DNA of 64,000 nucleotides. Origin: Octopus vulgaris. Its lineage: Eukaryota. Shown here one piece after another: positions 41,330 to 55,726 of this stretch (the stretch's first letter is position 1; each line of letters opens with the position of its first letter). The stretch covers positions 52,576,001 through 52,640,000 of the forward strand of contig OX597824.1 in the NCBI GenBank assembly GCA_951406725.2, read 5' to 3'. Below the pieces are notes generated by a model. The model did not search any database, was not told the DNA's origin, and saw only the letters and a program-made list of their open reading frames with translations. The position numbers and the translations under genes were made by a program.

Positions 41330-42130
41330 GTGTGTGTGTATGCTTCAGAACAAAATGTCAGTCAAGTAGAGAGCAGTAATAAGAAATTAAAAGTTGACAA
41401 CATAATATAAAGTTATGTCTTGACTTCATTAGCTCAGAGCTGTTTCTGCTAAAAGAGTGAAGACAGATGAGTTTTAACCAAGAGATTATGTGGGAGATTA
41501 TACCAGATAATTTTCCTATTTCTATTTTTTTTTCTTAATGGTAGTGCTGTTGGAATTGTAAGTAGTTTTATTACAAATAGAACCTATAGTAGTCTTAAAT
41601 GGGGGAATTTAGAGTTAACCAAGTCTGTATAAGACAATTTGGTGTGTTTAGGTGCAAGAAATTTATGTGTTCATTTTTCCACACTTTCAGTGTGAATCCT
41701 TGTGTGATATATAGTCATTGGGTTCACCATATAAATGATCTTTTCTTTATATCCACTTCTACCCACAGACTCACTGTAATATCCAGCTATGTTGTTAATA
41801 ATTTGTTTATCTGCAGATAACTTAGAGACTGGAACAAATCCATTTTTTAACTATTTGATTCATGATTGGTCTAGGATGATTGGATTCTGAGTAGACATAT
41901 TGCAAGTTTTCATTTGGTTGATTGTAAGGGGAGTATAAATGCCTTCAAACTCCTGACTTCATTTCTTACATATGGTTATGCTTTTTCAGTGGCAAAGCTT
42001 TTCTCTTTCTGAATGTGTGTGTGTGTATATATATATATACATATATGCATATATATATAGTAAATGAAAGACGGAGGAGGGAAGATACGAGAGTTTTATT
42101 AATCAAGACAATTGTTTCAACACACCTAGC

Positions 42131-42199
<69 letters not shown>

Positions 42200-42377
42200 T
42201 GCACACACATCTAAACGCTTTTCTAAATAAAATTGCACTTCATTTTTGTAGCTCCAATAAAGCTATGGGCTGATATGCAAGCACTAAACTATGAGTGCAT
42301 AGCACCTTAGAGCAGAAACAGTTGTAAGCTGATGAAGTTTATGACATGAATTCTTATTCCCTCGTTACTTTAAATTC

Positions 42378-42428
<51 letters not shown>

Positions 42429-43354
42429 TGTGTGTCTCTGTGTGTATCTAAGTAAATGTATATATATTCATGTATATATGTGTGTACACACAAAAACAAT
42501 ATATGTTTGTGTATATATATATATGTACACATGTGCAAACAAAAAATTGATATAACTGTCAGAAAAATCATCATTGAAGAATATTAAGACAATAAGAATG
42601 AATGAATAAAAGTGTTGTGTGTGTGTGTTCGAATGTTTCTTTTAAATTTTACTCTACAACCATAACAAACAGAAGCTATTTCTTTGGACAATGACGATTA
42701 ATCAGAGAAATTATTTTAAAATCAAGATTATTTTTTTATGGTTTTGCTCTTGTTCTTTGCTGTTTCTTTTCTTTGTCGTTGTGTAGGCTTGAAGAGTTTG
42801 TGCAAGTCTTTCCAACACATCAACACATGCAACATAACATTGACACATACAAAATAACACATTCAACATAACATCATTCTGTGTTGTGGTGTCTACATTG
42901 CAAAGTAGCACAGTATTATTATTATTAAGATATTATTAATACCAATTTTTGCTACCTCTCTGCTATCTCTGTTTTTCTCCTTCCTCTGCTCTGCGTGTTT
43001 TTGTTCTTTCCCTTCTGTTATTATTATTGTTGTTATTGTTATTGTTATTATTATTATCAGCATCAATTTGTTTCACAGTATATGTGCTGTGCTCTATTTA
43101 TGCTTTTTATCAAACCACAGCTCATTGGCTAGGATAAAGGGCATTTTGTACATTCTGTATAAAAGTTTTTTTCTGTTTTTCTTATTTGCTTTCACGTGGC
43201 ATTGAGAATTATCCAGATAATGGACATGCCACATTCATTACAATACATACCTTCTTCCTGTCAAAGACTGCAATACCTGGTCTGCTATGTTCTACTCACT
43301 TTTGGGCTTGTAAAGTCCAATGACAACATCAGTTCATTGTTTTTTAGAAATTTA

Positions 43355-43530
43355 ATGTCTAGTGGCATTTTGTCTGTCTTTGTGTTCTGAGTTTGAATTC
43401 TGCCAAGGTTGACTTTACCTTTCATCCTTTCCAGGTCAGTGAAATAAGTGTCAGTTATGCACTGGGGTCAATGAAATCGACCAACCCCCTCCCCCAAAAT
43501 TTCAGGCCTTGTGCCTTTAGTAGAAAGGAT
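43355..43530 (+). mobile_element. SINE family A copy, CpG-decayed
   Basis: gagtttgaattctgccaaggttgactttacctttcatcctttcc. Confidence 0.85.
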
Positions 43531-43548
43531 TATTATTATTATTATTAT

Positions 43549-43615
<67 letters not shown>

Positions 43616-43639
43616 TGTAGTAGTAGTAGTAGTAGTATC

Positions 43640-44345
43640 ATGCTAGTACATTCTAATTTAGCTAGCAGGTGTGCTGATTTGAGGTCGGTGACATCAAGCC
43701 TCCTCAAAAGTCCAGAACCTTTTTTAGGATTTTTGCAGAATACAGGATTATATTTCTCTGCAAGTCAACCATTTGAGCCTCAATTCCAATATTCTTCTGT
43801 CTCCTAGGTAGCATGCTGGTTCTTGTGCCAAGTACACCAATTACTACAGGATTAACTGATGTTTTAGTCTTCCAGAATCTCTTCAGCTCTTCAGCTAGAT
43901 CCTGATAATTCTCAATTTCTAAAATTTCTTTAGCATCCACCCTGTTTTCATATAGTATTTCAAAGTCTATGATCTTACATTGTTTATTTATTTTGTCCTA
44001 TATAATCATATCTGGGCTCCTTGCTTCAAGAGTGTTGTCAGTCTTTATAGGGAAGTCCGTTAGAATCTTATAATTCTCATTCTCTAGCACAGCCTCTAGT
44101 TTGTATTCATGCTAGTTTTCTGATATTCCTAAGCCACACACTCAGCTAACATCTCAATATGCTCTGTTGTCTACACAGTCATGCCTCCACTGATACTCAT
44201 TTTTGTGCTAGCTTACTGCATTCACTCAAGAGATTTTTAATATTGTTGTCTATTTTGCCACAGATTCTGCATTTGTTCTGAGTTTTCAATCTTTGCCTTT
44301 ATCAAACCCATCATAACAGCTTGTTCCTAAGTCTCTATATCACTT
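43640..44345 (-). mobile_element. Decayed R4/Dong-like LINE (restriction-like endonuclease), 3' part
   Basis: CCHC-like 'CRICGK...LLSECSKLAQK-EYQWRHD', then 'KILTDFPIKTDNTLEARSPDMII*DK...IIDF...KEILEIENYQDLAEELKRFWK...PVVIGVLG'; the 3' end abuts (CTA)n. Confidence 0.85.
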
Positions 44346-44739
44346 CAGTTAATTATTATTATCCTGATTATTATTGTTGTTGTTGTTGTTGTTGTTATCG
44401 TATTCACCACCACCATCATCATCATCATCATAATCATCATCATTATTAGCAGTAGTAGTAGTAGTATTGGTAGTAGCAGTAGTAGTGGCATTACTTTTAG
44501 ATGTCAAATGTATTAGGGTCAGTAAACATTTCAAGAAATGTACCACTGCCATGGAATAAAAGAAATAACTTGTACTATATAAGATATATGGATTCAGGAA
44601 TTATACTGTCCCAAACCATGTGCAAGAATCTAGTAATAAAATGTGAAAAATTTTAAATGTAAAAGATAAAACTTGAACATAACTGTGTATTTAATGAAAC
44701 ATGGATAAAATTTTTTAATATACTTTATAACTCTTACAT

Positions 44740-44767
44740 TATAGATAGATAGACAGACAGACAGATG

Positions 44768-44798
<31 letters not shown>

Positions 44799-44829
44799 AC
44801 ACAGACACACAGACAAACACACAGACAGA

Positions 44830-44912
<83 letters not shown>

Positions 44913-44922
44913 TTAGATAGAT
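44740..44922. repeat. (GATA)n/(GACA)n compound microsatellite
   Basis: Direct reading; forms the tail of the adjacent SINE. Confidence 0.97.
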
Positions 44923-44924
44923 AT

Positions 44925-45087
44925 ATTTCTTTACTACCCACAAGGGGCTAAACACAGAGGAGACAAACAAGGACAGACAAACGGATTAAGTCGATTACAT
45001 CGACCCCAGTGCGTAACTGGTACTTAATTTATCGACCCCGGAAGGATGAAAGGCAAAGTCGACCTCGGCGGAATTTGAACTCGGAAC
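44925..45087 (-). mobile_element. SINE family A, young 5'-truncated copy
   Basis: Nearly identical to the consensus with CpGs intact. Confidence 0.9.
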
Positions 45088-45178
45088 ATGCATACATGCA
45101 TACATACATTCATCCATACAAAGATATACATATAGATGTATAGATATATATATATACACACATACATATATATATATA

Positions 45179-45232
<54 letters not shown>

Positions 45233-45399
45233 ATTTATGTATGTGTGTGCTTGTGTACATTGCTATGCACTGCAATGACATCAACATTTATAGCTGAAAC
45301 TTGAGAAATAATTGAAATAAATAGTTTTAAAATTAATGTATAACCATATTCTCCTACTGTATATTATTATTATAATTGTTGGTGGTGGTGGTGGTGGTG

Positions 45400-45606
45400 G
45401 TAAACTGGCAGAATCATTAGTGAGTTGGACAAAATGCTTAGTGCCATTTCTTCCAGCTTTTAATTTTGAGTTCAAATTCTGCCGAGGTCAACTTTACCTT
45501 TCATCCCTTCAGGATTGATAAGCGTCAGTTGAGCATCAGGGTCAATGTAATCAACAAGCCTCCAGCCCTCAAAATTCCAGGCCTTGTGCCTTTAGTAGAA
45601 AAGATT
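45400..45606 (+). mobile_element. SINE family A copy
   Basis: ctggcagaatcattag...gagttcaaattctgccgaggtcaactttacctttcatccc. Confidence 0.85.
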
Positions 45607-45718
45607 ATTATTATTGTTATTATTTGATGAAAACTCTCAGCTTATTTTCCTGGATATGATGGAAACTGTCAGCAATCCATAACCAGCAGACTAAGGTGAC
45701 ACTTGTTTACTAGTCATC

Positions 45719-46178
<460 letters not shown>

Positions 46179-47427
46179 CATGCCAGCATGGAAAATGGAC
46201 GTTAAACAAGATGATGATGATGATGATGATGATGATGATATATATATATATATATATATATATATTGAGAGAGAGAGAGATACCAACGCACACATACATA
46301 TGTGTGTGAGCATGTGTATACATGTATATAAACCCATATAGTTATATGAGAATTAATACATTTGTTATTTATTTCATTTTTATCTTTTCTTTTCCTTTTC
46401 GTTACCTGATAAAATTTCTAAAGAAACCATTTTTGTAGGTATTCTTTCATTTACCCTTTTCTTCATACTTTATAATTTTCATACCCTCATGTCCTTCATT
46501 TACCTCAACCTTCATGTATTAATTGATTTCTTTTTTTAAAATTTATTTAATGAATTTAATTAACACACAGTTTCTAGATTGTTTTTATTCTCTGGAAATG
46601 TTTAATTAACAATCGTTAAAATTGATTTTCCATGTCTATATTCAGCTAATATAGAATGCTTTTGGTGTGTAAGGAAAATGCAATATGCTACAGAGTATCT
46701 GTATGTATGTGATTCTCTGTATGTAACTAAATTTACAGTATTTGCCAAAAGCAAACCAATAGTTACACATTTTATTTTCGAAACCAAGCAGATTAGTAAG
46801 ACATACGTCTGTCTGTATGTATGTATGTATGTATGCATGTGCATGAATGTGTGTTCATGTATGTATATATATGTATTTATGTGTTCTTTTGCTGCGGAGT
46901 TCTAGTAGTACCACAGTAATCTTGTGTTAGAACACAATATATTTATACTCCACAGTATTAGTAAGGTTCAGCAGCAAGGAAGTAGCATACATACATGTGT
47001 GTGTGTGTGTGTGTGTGTGTTTGTGTAGCATTTTTCTGTACCTCCAGAACAACTATTTTAAGGCTGCATGCAGTCACATTATGAACACCTATTGTAAAAG
47101 ATGCAAATAGCCACAATGACAAAACAAGCATAGGATACAAACAGTTATAAAACTGCATGTACTTTTCCTAATCTTTTCCTAAATTTGCTCTGTAATCTTA
47201 CATTGTACAGTAGTAACTGTACTTTGCAGGAGATGGACAGAATGTTGACACTATGTGGAGTTCTCAATTCTCCAGTAGATGAGCAGCAATCGTAAATTTA
47301 ACTGAACACTCACATACATACACACACATTCACACACACACACATACACACACATGCATATGCACACACACATACACACATATATATATATACTTATGCA
47401 TATATATACCTATGTATATATATATAT

Positions 47428-47740
47428 GGAGGCGCAATGGCCCAGTGGTTAGGGTAGTGGACTCGCGGATGTAGGATCGCGGTTTCGTTTCCCAGACCGG
47501 GCGTTGTGAGTGTTTATTGAGCGAAAACACCTAAAGCTCCACGAGGCTCCGGCAAGGTGTGGTGGCAATACCTGCTGTACTCTTCTTTCGCTACAACTTT
47601 CTCTCACTCTTTCTTCTGTTGGCCTGCTCACTTAGCCAGCGGTGTGGCGTCATTTGAAGGCTAAACAATGCAAAGCGCATTGTGATCAGCGATGTGTAGT
47701 AACATCTGATAGCCTGGTCGGTCACGGTGATCACGGTGAT
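47428..47740 (+). mobile_element. tRNA-headed SINE family C, full length
   Basis: ggaggcgcaatggcccagtggttagg (A-box) ... ggtttcgtttccc (B-box-like); ends in (cacggtgat)2 and sits within (TA)n. Confidence 0.8.
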
Positions 47741-47888
47741 ATATACATATATATATATATACATATATATACATATATATATATGTACATATATATACAT
47801 ATATATACATATATATATATATGTATGTGTGTGTATGCATATATGTATGTACATGTATAAATATTTTGCTTATTCCTATATATCTTTA

Positions 47889-47950
<62 letters not shown>

Positions 47951-48949
47951 CAAACATATTTGTGTTTGTGTTTGTTTGTGTGTGTGTAATTTCTGTATTA
48001 TATGTACATGCTTAAGTGTGCGTGTACATATTCATTTATCTGAATTCGTAAAAAGAGAAAATGTCCCATAGAAATTCATAATTGTTTTGAATAGCACCAA
48101 ATGCTTTGTCTTAAGTAATGAAATGTTTACAAGGTAAGTTAATCCAGTGAAGGCCATTCTGTCTACAGCACAGCAAAGGGAATCCTTCCAGTACCTTGCA
48201 GAGGCCAGTCCTCAATAGGCTAATTGAGTTTGCTCCAATGCAGGCCAGATAAGGCCATTCATCTGCTAACTGATGGAGGGAATTTGTTGGCTGCTTAATG
48301 AGTTCATCTTCCTGCAGCCCAGTGTAGGAAATGGTTTTGTAGCAGCCTTCTGTGGCCTGGTGGAGGGAATCCGTGTGCAGCTTAGGGGAGGCCAACCTCT
48401 ACCAGCTAGTGACTACTATAGGGCATGCTTTACGCATGAATTAATCGAAATGATTTTGTTCTGCTAAAAATCAAATCTTAGTCATAGACTTGGTTTGTTA
48501 CAAGCTACACAACATTCTATAGTTCTTATATTACATAGCTATGCAACAAATAGATGCACAAACATGGATACATGAGTGTACATACATTTATACATTTATG
48601 CACAGAATTAACGATTTTATACATACTCTGTAATATATAATCTGGCTTCATAATGTGCAAAATCGTTTCAGTCAACACTGTACATGCTTTATCTGTCAAG
48701 CTGCATATGCTACATAACTTGCAAAGACGTATGCTGTATTAGATAAGATGTATAGGCAAGTTGTAAAAAAAAAGATTAAAAACTACACAACTAGATTCAT
48801 GCATGCACACAAGCACACACACACACGCACATATGCAATACACATACATACATGCTATACACAGGCAAACATATGATATAATCTATAAAAAATACCAATA
48901 CCAGAGGGAAAAGGATATATAGTTAGAAAAAATTTCAGTATGTAGATGT

Positions 48950-48980
<31 letters not shown>

Positions 48981-49002
48981 AATGTGTGTGTGTGTATGTA
49001 TG

Positions 49003-49042
<40 letters not shown>

Positions 49043-49427
49043 GACATGTTTGTATGTATATATTATTACTGTGTTTAATGTCCTCTTTGCCATGTTTGCG
49101 TAGGTCAGATGTAATTTGTAGAGGCAGATTTTTGTTGACCAGATTTTGTTCCTGTTGATGACACTGACCTGCTTCCAAGCAAGGGCAGTATTTCCCCATG
49201 GCCAGACATTTTTTTCATGGAAGACTGGAAATGGAAAACATCACTTGTATAACAGTGATGCTCATTTACAATCATCTTTTAAGAAACAAGTACATACAAA
49301 TAAGCACACATACACAAACTTCTGAAGCAAGTGTGTTAACCAAACTGTCATACCTGTTCTTCACTCTCTCTCTCTGTCTCACCTTTTCTCTCCCCCTTCT
49401 CTTTCCCTCCCTCTCTCTCTCTCTCAC

Positions 49428-49470
<43 letters not shown>

Positions 49471-50497
49471 TTATGTATGTCTGTACACAGATATATGTCA
49501 TTAACAACAGAAAGGAACTACATGAAGAAACTGATTACTATAGCAACATCAGCTTGTGCTTGTCACCATCCACCTTCTTCTTTCTCCCCCCCCCCCCCCA
49601 CACACATCTGAGCAATAATTTTTCTGTCCCTTGCTTTTCCAAATGTCCTGAAGAAGGGAACTTCTTCCCAAAATATAGAAATACAAGATAAGACTGCAAC
49701 TTTGTTTAATTTTGTTTTCTTTTCTTTTTTGCAGTTTACTTTGTATCTTACTTTGTGTCATTACAAATGTCTTGCACCCATCCAGTGTACTTTTTCACCA
49801 AGTACATATAGCAGGCTATTTTCAACAAAACAATTATATTTACCTGATGAAAAAGTAATGCTATGTAAGATTCCCACAATGTGCTTTTGATACTGTTGTA
49901 TTATAGGTTTTATTTATAGATTTGATTATTGTTTACCATTTTTGATGTGGAGTTGTGTAGCACCTGTCATCTTTACTGCAGTTTACTGCTTAATCTTGAT
50001 ATGAGATAACTGTATTCGATGCATTGATTAATAAATTTTATTGATCTATCATTGAGTCATCTGTATTTTCTATACAAGCTTTGTTTTTGCTATAGACTAA
50101 CCACCTACATTTTACCAGTTGACTGATCCTAAAGTTGACTGATCGGACAGTTTAGATTGAGAATCTAAACTGTCTGACAAATGGGAGTAGCAGTTTATTG
50201 TGATGTTTTTGTAGCTTTAATAATATTAAAGCATATTATTCAACTATGGAATTTGAGTACTATTTTTTCCCACATTGTTTCACATATATGTGCTTATTTT
50301 GGTATATATATAGAAACAAATGTGGAGATAATAAAATTAGACAGATTATTATCTAGAGTATATTAAATGAATGAAATACAAAATATGTATTTACGTGTAC
50401 ATATAAAGAGGTTCAACTTACATAGAGTTCCACCCCTTTAATTTTCTCTGTCTATTGTACTCTGTGTAAGTTGGGCCTTTTTATATGCATACATGAT

Positions 50498-50753
50498 TCT
50501 TTTCTTTTATTCCCTTATTTGTTTCAGTCATTTTGACCATGGACATGCTGGAACACCACCTTCAGTCAAGCAAATCGACTCCAGGACTTATTCTTTGTAA
50601 ACCTAGTACTTATTCCATCAGTCTCTTTTGCTGAATCACTAAGTTACGGGGACATAAACACAACAGCATCGGTTGTCAAGCAATGTTGGGGGGAGGACAA
50701 ACACACACAAACATACACGTATACACACACCTATATATATATATAAATATATA

Positions 50754-50786
<33 letters not shown>

Positions 50787-51019
50787 GTTTGTATATATAT
50801 ATATGTTTGTATTTATATATATTTATTTATTTATATATATATATATCAGTATATACGACAGGCTTCTTTCAGTTTCCATCTACCAAATCCACTCACAAGG
50901 ATTTGGTTGGCCCGAGGCTATAGTAGAAGACACTTGCCCAAAGTGCCACACAGTGTGACTCAACCCAGAACCATGGGGCTGGTAAGCAACCTACTTACCA
51001 CACAGCCACTCCTGTGCCT
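50498..51019 (-). mobile_element. SINE family B, full length, CpG-decayed
   Basis: Colinear with 33441-33849. Confidence 0.92.
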
Positions 51020-52855
51020 ATTTTGAATATATTGATCTGTCTAATATTTGCTTATATACCCACTAAAGTTTGAATATTTTGAGCACTACTAAATGTATTC
51101 TATTGGAGAATATCTGGATTTCATCTATAAACTATACATATATATAAATAGAGAGAGAGGGGGGGAGAAAGAGAGAGATAACAAGTGCATGTGTGTATGT
51201 GTGTGTATACATAATTTAGCAGAATGTCTGTGAAATGTGACACAGCTACAGTGATATGCAACTGAGCAAAGCAGATAACCACTCTGCTCACTCCTATTTT
51301 ACTAACAGACAAAAGTTGACTCCCACTCCTATTCTATAGGCTAAGTGGAAGCAGAAGGACAGACATCTGGTGGTAAAAATAATTGTTCCAACAAGATATA
51401 ATCAATGCACCCAATGTCATATGAAGAAAATGGATACAAAATACCCCCCCCCTCTCTCTCTGTGAGTGTGTGTTTGATGTGTTTTATTGACCTGATATTT
51501 GTCAACACATATATATGACCACTGCCAGCCTTCTCCGTGTTTTCCTTAGAACATAAATACATTTCACACATGCACACACACTCTTTCTCTCTCTCTCTCT
51601 CTCTCAATGTACACACACACACACACATATCTACATATACACATGCATTAATTCATACAGTGTAAACTGTGGTACTTTCAGTATAGATAGTATGACAATG
51701 CTAATTCATTTCACCAGAAAGAATAATCATTAATGAGATGTACCAGTTAGCAAGTAGATGCATTATCAGTGCTTGTAATGTTTTTGTTGATGATGATGTT
51801 GGATATAGTATTAAGAATATCATTAGTAGTGGCAGTGGTCATTATAATAATTAATTATTCAAAGTTATACAATCATTACATATGATTTGCATATATTTGC
51901 CTTATGTTTCCTTTGTCATCCTCTATCCATGGCAAACTATTGTTAAAACAAACAATCTGATTTGTAACTGGACACTAGTCAAAGACTGAAACTCTGACCG
52001 GCTCTCTTAAGCAATAACAGTGACCAGTAAATGACCAACAAACATCAAATCTATTCACCCTATAAATCTATTCTCATATCACAACACCTTTTTGTTTCCC
52101 TCCCTCACCTCACATCTCTCTCTTTCTCTCTCTCTCTCTCTCTTCCATACTCCTGTGCCACCTTTACTCCACTCTCTTTCTCACTTCCTTTCTTTTCAGT
52201 TTTTAAGATTACTTTTCAATTATTTCTTTGTGTCCTTGGAACTTAAATAGACAACAAAGCAAAAACAACAATTTAATGAAGAAACCATGCTTAAGAAGAT
52301 TCAATAAAACAAAATCACACAAATAAATATATTTGTTGTGGAGATAATGAAGAAACTGCAAAATGCGAATTAACAGTGATATTGTTGTTAGTTTTAATTT
52401 CTGTTTATGGTTTAATCAAAGGAGGAAAGGCAGTTCATATAATGTTAGCATGACCTGAGAAATTATGACTCATGACCTGCTATCATGCCTTGCTTTGACC
52501 TGCCATAACCAGATAGAGTTTAGGTGCAGTATATAGACCAGCTGAGAAATAGGGAAACCTCCTCGGGCTGTAACTCTGTAGATGCAACTTAAAAGAAGGT
52601 ATAACAAGGAGCACTGCAACAAGAGCATGTTTTCTCAGAATAAATACATTATATGCTTTGAATGGACTCTGCTAAGGATGCTCAAAAGTCAAGGTGTAGC
52701 TAATGTTGGCAGTTTATAACACATAGATCTGTTATATTATGCACACATCTGCATTTGTGCATATACATATATATTATATATATAATATATATATATATGT
52801 GCCACAACATAGCCACAGCTCCCAAGCTGAAAATAATTAAAGAGTTAAAGCATTT

Positions 52856-52891
<36 letters not shown>

Positions 52892-53094
52892 CCAAAATAT
52901 TATATATTATCCAAAATATTATATATTCAATACAGCTGATCTCATCAATTCGTTTCATGCTAGGGGTTCAATAGTGTTAGGTAACAATCTGATTATGTAA
53001 CCCTGTGCTCATGAGAGGTAGCCAATATAGAATGAAATATGGCAACTGATCTCTTCATCTCTCTCTTTCTCTCTCACACCACATATATATATAT

Positions 53095-53125
<31 letters not shown>

Positions 53126-53279
53126 AAGCGAGAGAGAGAGAAAGAGAGAGAGAGAGAAAGCGAGAGAGAGAGAGAGAGAGAGAAAGCGAGAGAGAGAGAA
53201 AGAGAGAGAGAGAGAAAGCGAGAGAGAGAGAAAGAGAGAGAGAGAGAAAGCGAGAGAGAGAGAAAGAGAGAGAGAGAGA
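53095..53279. repeat. (GA)n with a ~32-bp higher-order unit
   Basis: Recurring (ga)n-aa-(ga)n-aagc. Confidence 0.93.
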
Positions 53280-54277
53280 AATACAATTATTTCTTGTAAA
53301 ATAATTATGTGCATCCTCCTCATTATTGTTATGGTTCATGTTTGGATACCTGCTTACACATGACATTATAGCCCTTTGATCATCGTCATCATCATTGTCA
53401 TCATGTCAGCAGGGATATAATGTCACATATTTGTTTCAGTAACTCAGTGTAATATCCCCGCTACTATTGCAGGTCAAGTACAAAATACATCAAGATCTGG
53501 GCAAGGTTGAAAAAAGTGACTGAAGAGAAATAAAGAAGGACTCAGGAGATATCATAATCACAAACAGAGCCATGAGTATATCCATTGGTCTAACTTTAGA
53601 CTGTGCAGCACAGATAACAAGTAAAACAAAGATATCACAGATGTGTATTGTTTTATTATTTTACTAATTTCACTCATTGGATTGCAGCCATGATGGTGCG
53701 TGAATTTCAAAGGATTTTAGTTGTTTACATTGAATCCAGTTCTTTGTCAAGTACATAACTTATTCACCTCAGGAGGATGAAAAATAGATTCAATATGATT
53801 GGAACCTGAAGGCAGAATGTAAAGGAATGCAACGAAGTAGCACAATATTTGTTTGATACTCTAATGACTGTCATTTTCCTATACATACATATATACATAC
53901 ATACATACATACATACATACATACACATATGCATACATACACACATGTACATGTGTGTATGCATATACATCTCTGTATGCACATATGTGTGTGTGTTTGT
54001 GTCTGTAATTATGTTTGTTGTTTGTTCTGTAACTTAGTGTATTAGCAAATTGGAATGATAATGCCAACAAGAGACTTAAAATAGTTACATTTAAGTACTC
54101 ATAAATAATACAGCGGGACACCTGCTGTTGTCCAGTGACTGAAACCAGTGAATACACTATCACACACACACACACACAAACACACACTTGTATATATAGT
54201 TGTTGAAGAATCATAAGTCAGAAAAAATGCGCACTCATATATTTGCTAATAGAGTGGACATATTAATCAAAGTATAC

Positions 54278-54495
54278 ATTATAATAGATCTGTTACTGCT
54301 GATCTTACTAGTCAGATTCACACTGGATATTAAAACCAGATGTTAGAGATAAAACACAGTTAAATAATACAGCATGTTCTTCAGAGCTTCCAGCTTTGAA
54401 GAGCTTGCAAAATTACTTAACCGTGCTGTCATCTAACAACCACTAACACTCAGTTTAATACCCAGTGATATGATCAGTTGTAATAGATCTATAAT
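54278..54495. repeat. Diverged ~220-bp fold-back element
   Basis: Nested inverted blocks: atagatctgttactgctgatc/gatcagttgtaatagatctat, cactggatattaaa/tttaatacccagtg, ttcttcagagc/gctttgaagag. Confidence 0.75.
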
Positions 54496-54731
54496 ACTGA
54501 ATACTTTGAGTATTATTCATATATATATATATATATATATATTATCTCTCTCTCATATATACATGTGTGTGTGTTTGTGTGTGCGTGTGTGTGTGTGTGT
54601 GTGCATGTTAATGTTCATGTAATATATATTTCATAACAAACAAGATTATGAAAAAGTGGTAAATTGAATGGAATAAATATCTTCTCTTCCACCTCACTAC
54701 TCTTTATCTGTTCTATTTATACACACACACA

Positions 54732-54827
<96 letters not shown>

Positions 54828-55726
54828 TCAACATTTATCAAGTTATATGATAGCACTTATCTCATTGTTCATTCACTCATCTTTGTTATTGTGATTAGTC
54901 AACCAATGTAGCTATTGCATACACCCCACATTATGAACATTGACCTACTACCAACTGTACAAATATTTTGTACATGTTATTTCAAGAATTCCAAGCCCTC
55001 TATATAACATAAATAAATGTATTCAAGTGAAAAAATTGGTGGATTTTTTCTCTTATGAGTTTTTTCCCACTAACTACTTGATAAATTCTTACAAAGATTT
55101 TATCCTATTTTAAAATTATATATATATATATATATACACACAACTACATACATACTTACATACATGCATAATAAAATCCATACATACTATTTACATACCA
55201 TAATACATATGTATGTAAACACATATGCACATACATCGCATAGGCTTTCACAGAACTTTTAAACAACAAATTTTGTGCATTAAAGCAAGGCTATAGTAGA
55301 AGACCCTTGCCGAAGGTCCTGAGTAATGCAATCAAATCTGGAAGCAAATGGTGACAAACATTTGAACCATGTTCTTATGTCTATGCATATGGTGAATAAG
55401 TGTACATGTGTGCCTGCATATATATATATATATAACTATATATATGTATGTATGTATACGAGAGAGAGTGATAAATAGACAAACATACTTACATTTACGT
55501 GTGTGTATGTGTGTGTGCTTTTGCATTATTGCAATTAACAGCACAGAGTCTCCTGTATTGCTAGTATTCAAAGCAGTTCTCCAGTTTGAAAATACTGTCC
55601 CCTCCCTCCCACAATTCTTGGAGGCCTTATAAAGGGTTATGAGACTGTCTTTCCCTCATGACAAAGGAAAACAACAGAGAATATATATTAATTTGTTTGT
55701 GTGTGAATGCATGCAAAGATTTAGAG

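Noticed and set aside
42787-42905. Strong acceptor followed by a putative exon (similarly 49735 and 53473)
   Set aside because: Stops or no good donor, and no protein similarity; polypyrimidine-AG is common in this sequence
47428-47500. tRNA gene
   Set aside because: The T-loop is degenerate (gtttcgttt) and the sequence continues into a SINE body and tail
51341-51373. AKWKQK homeobox-like peptide
   Set aside because: No preceding WFQNRR and a weak donor; chance match
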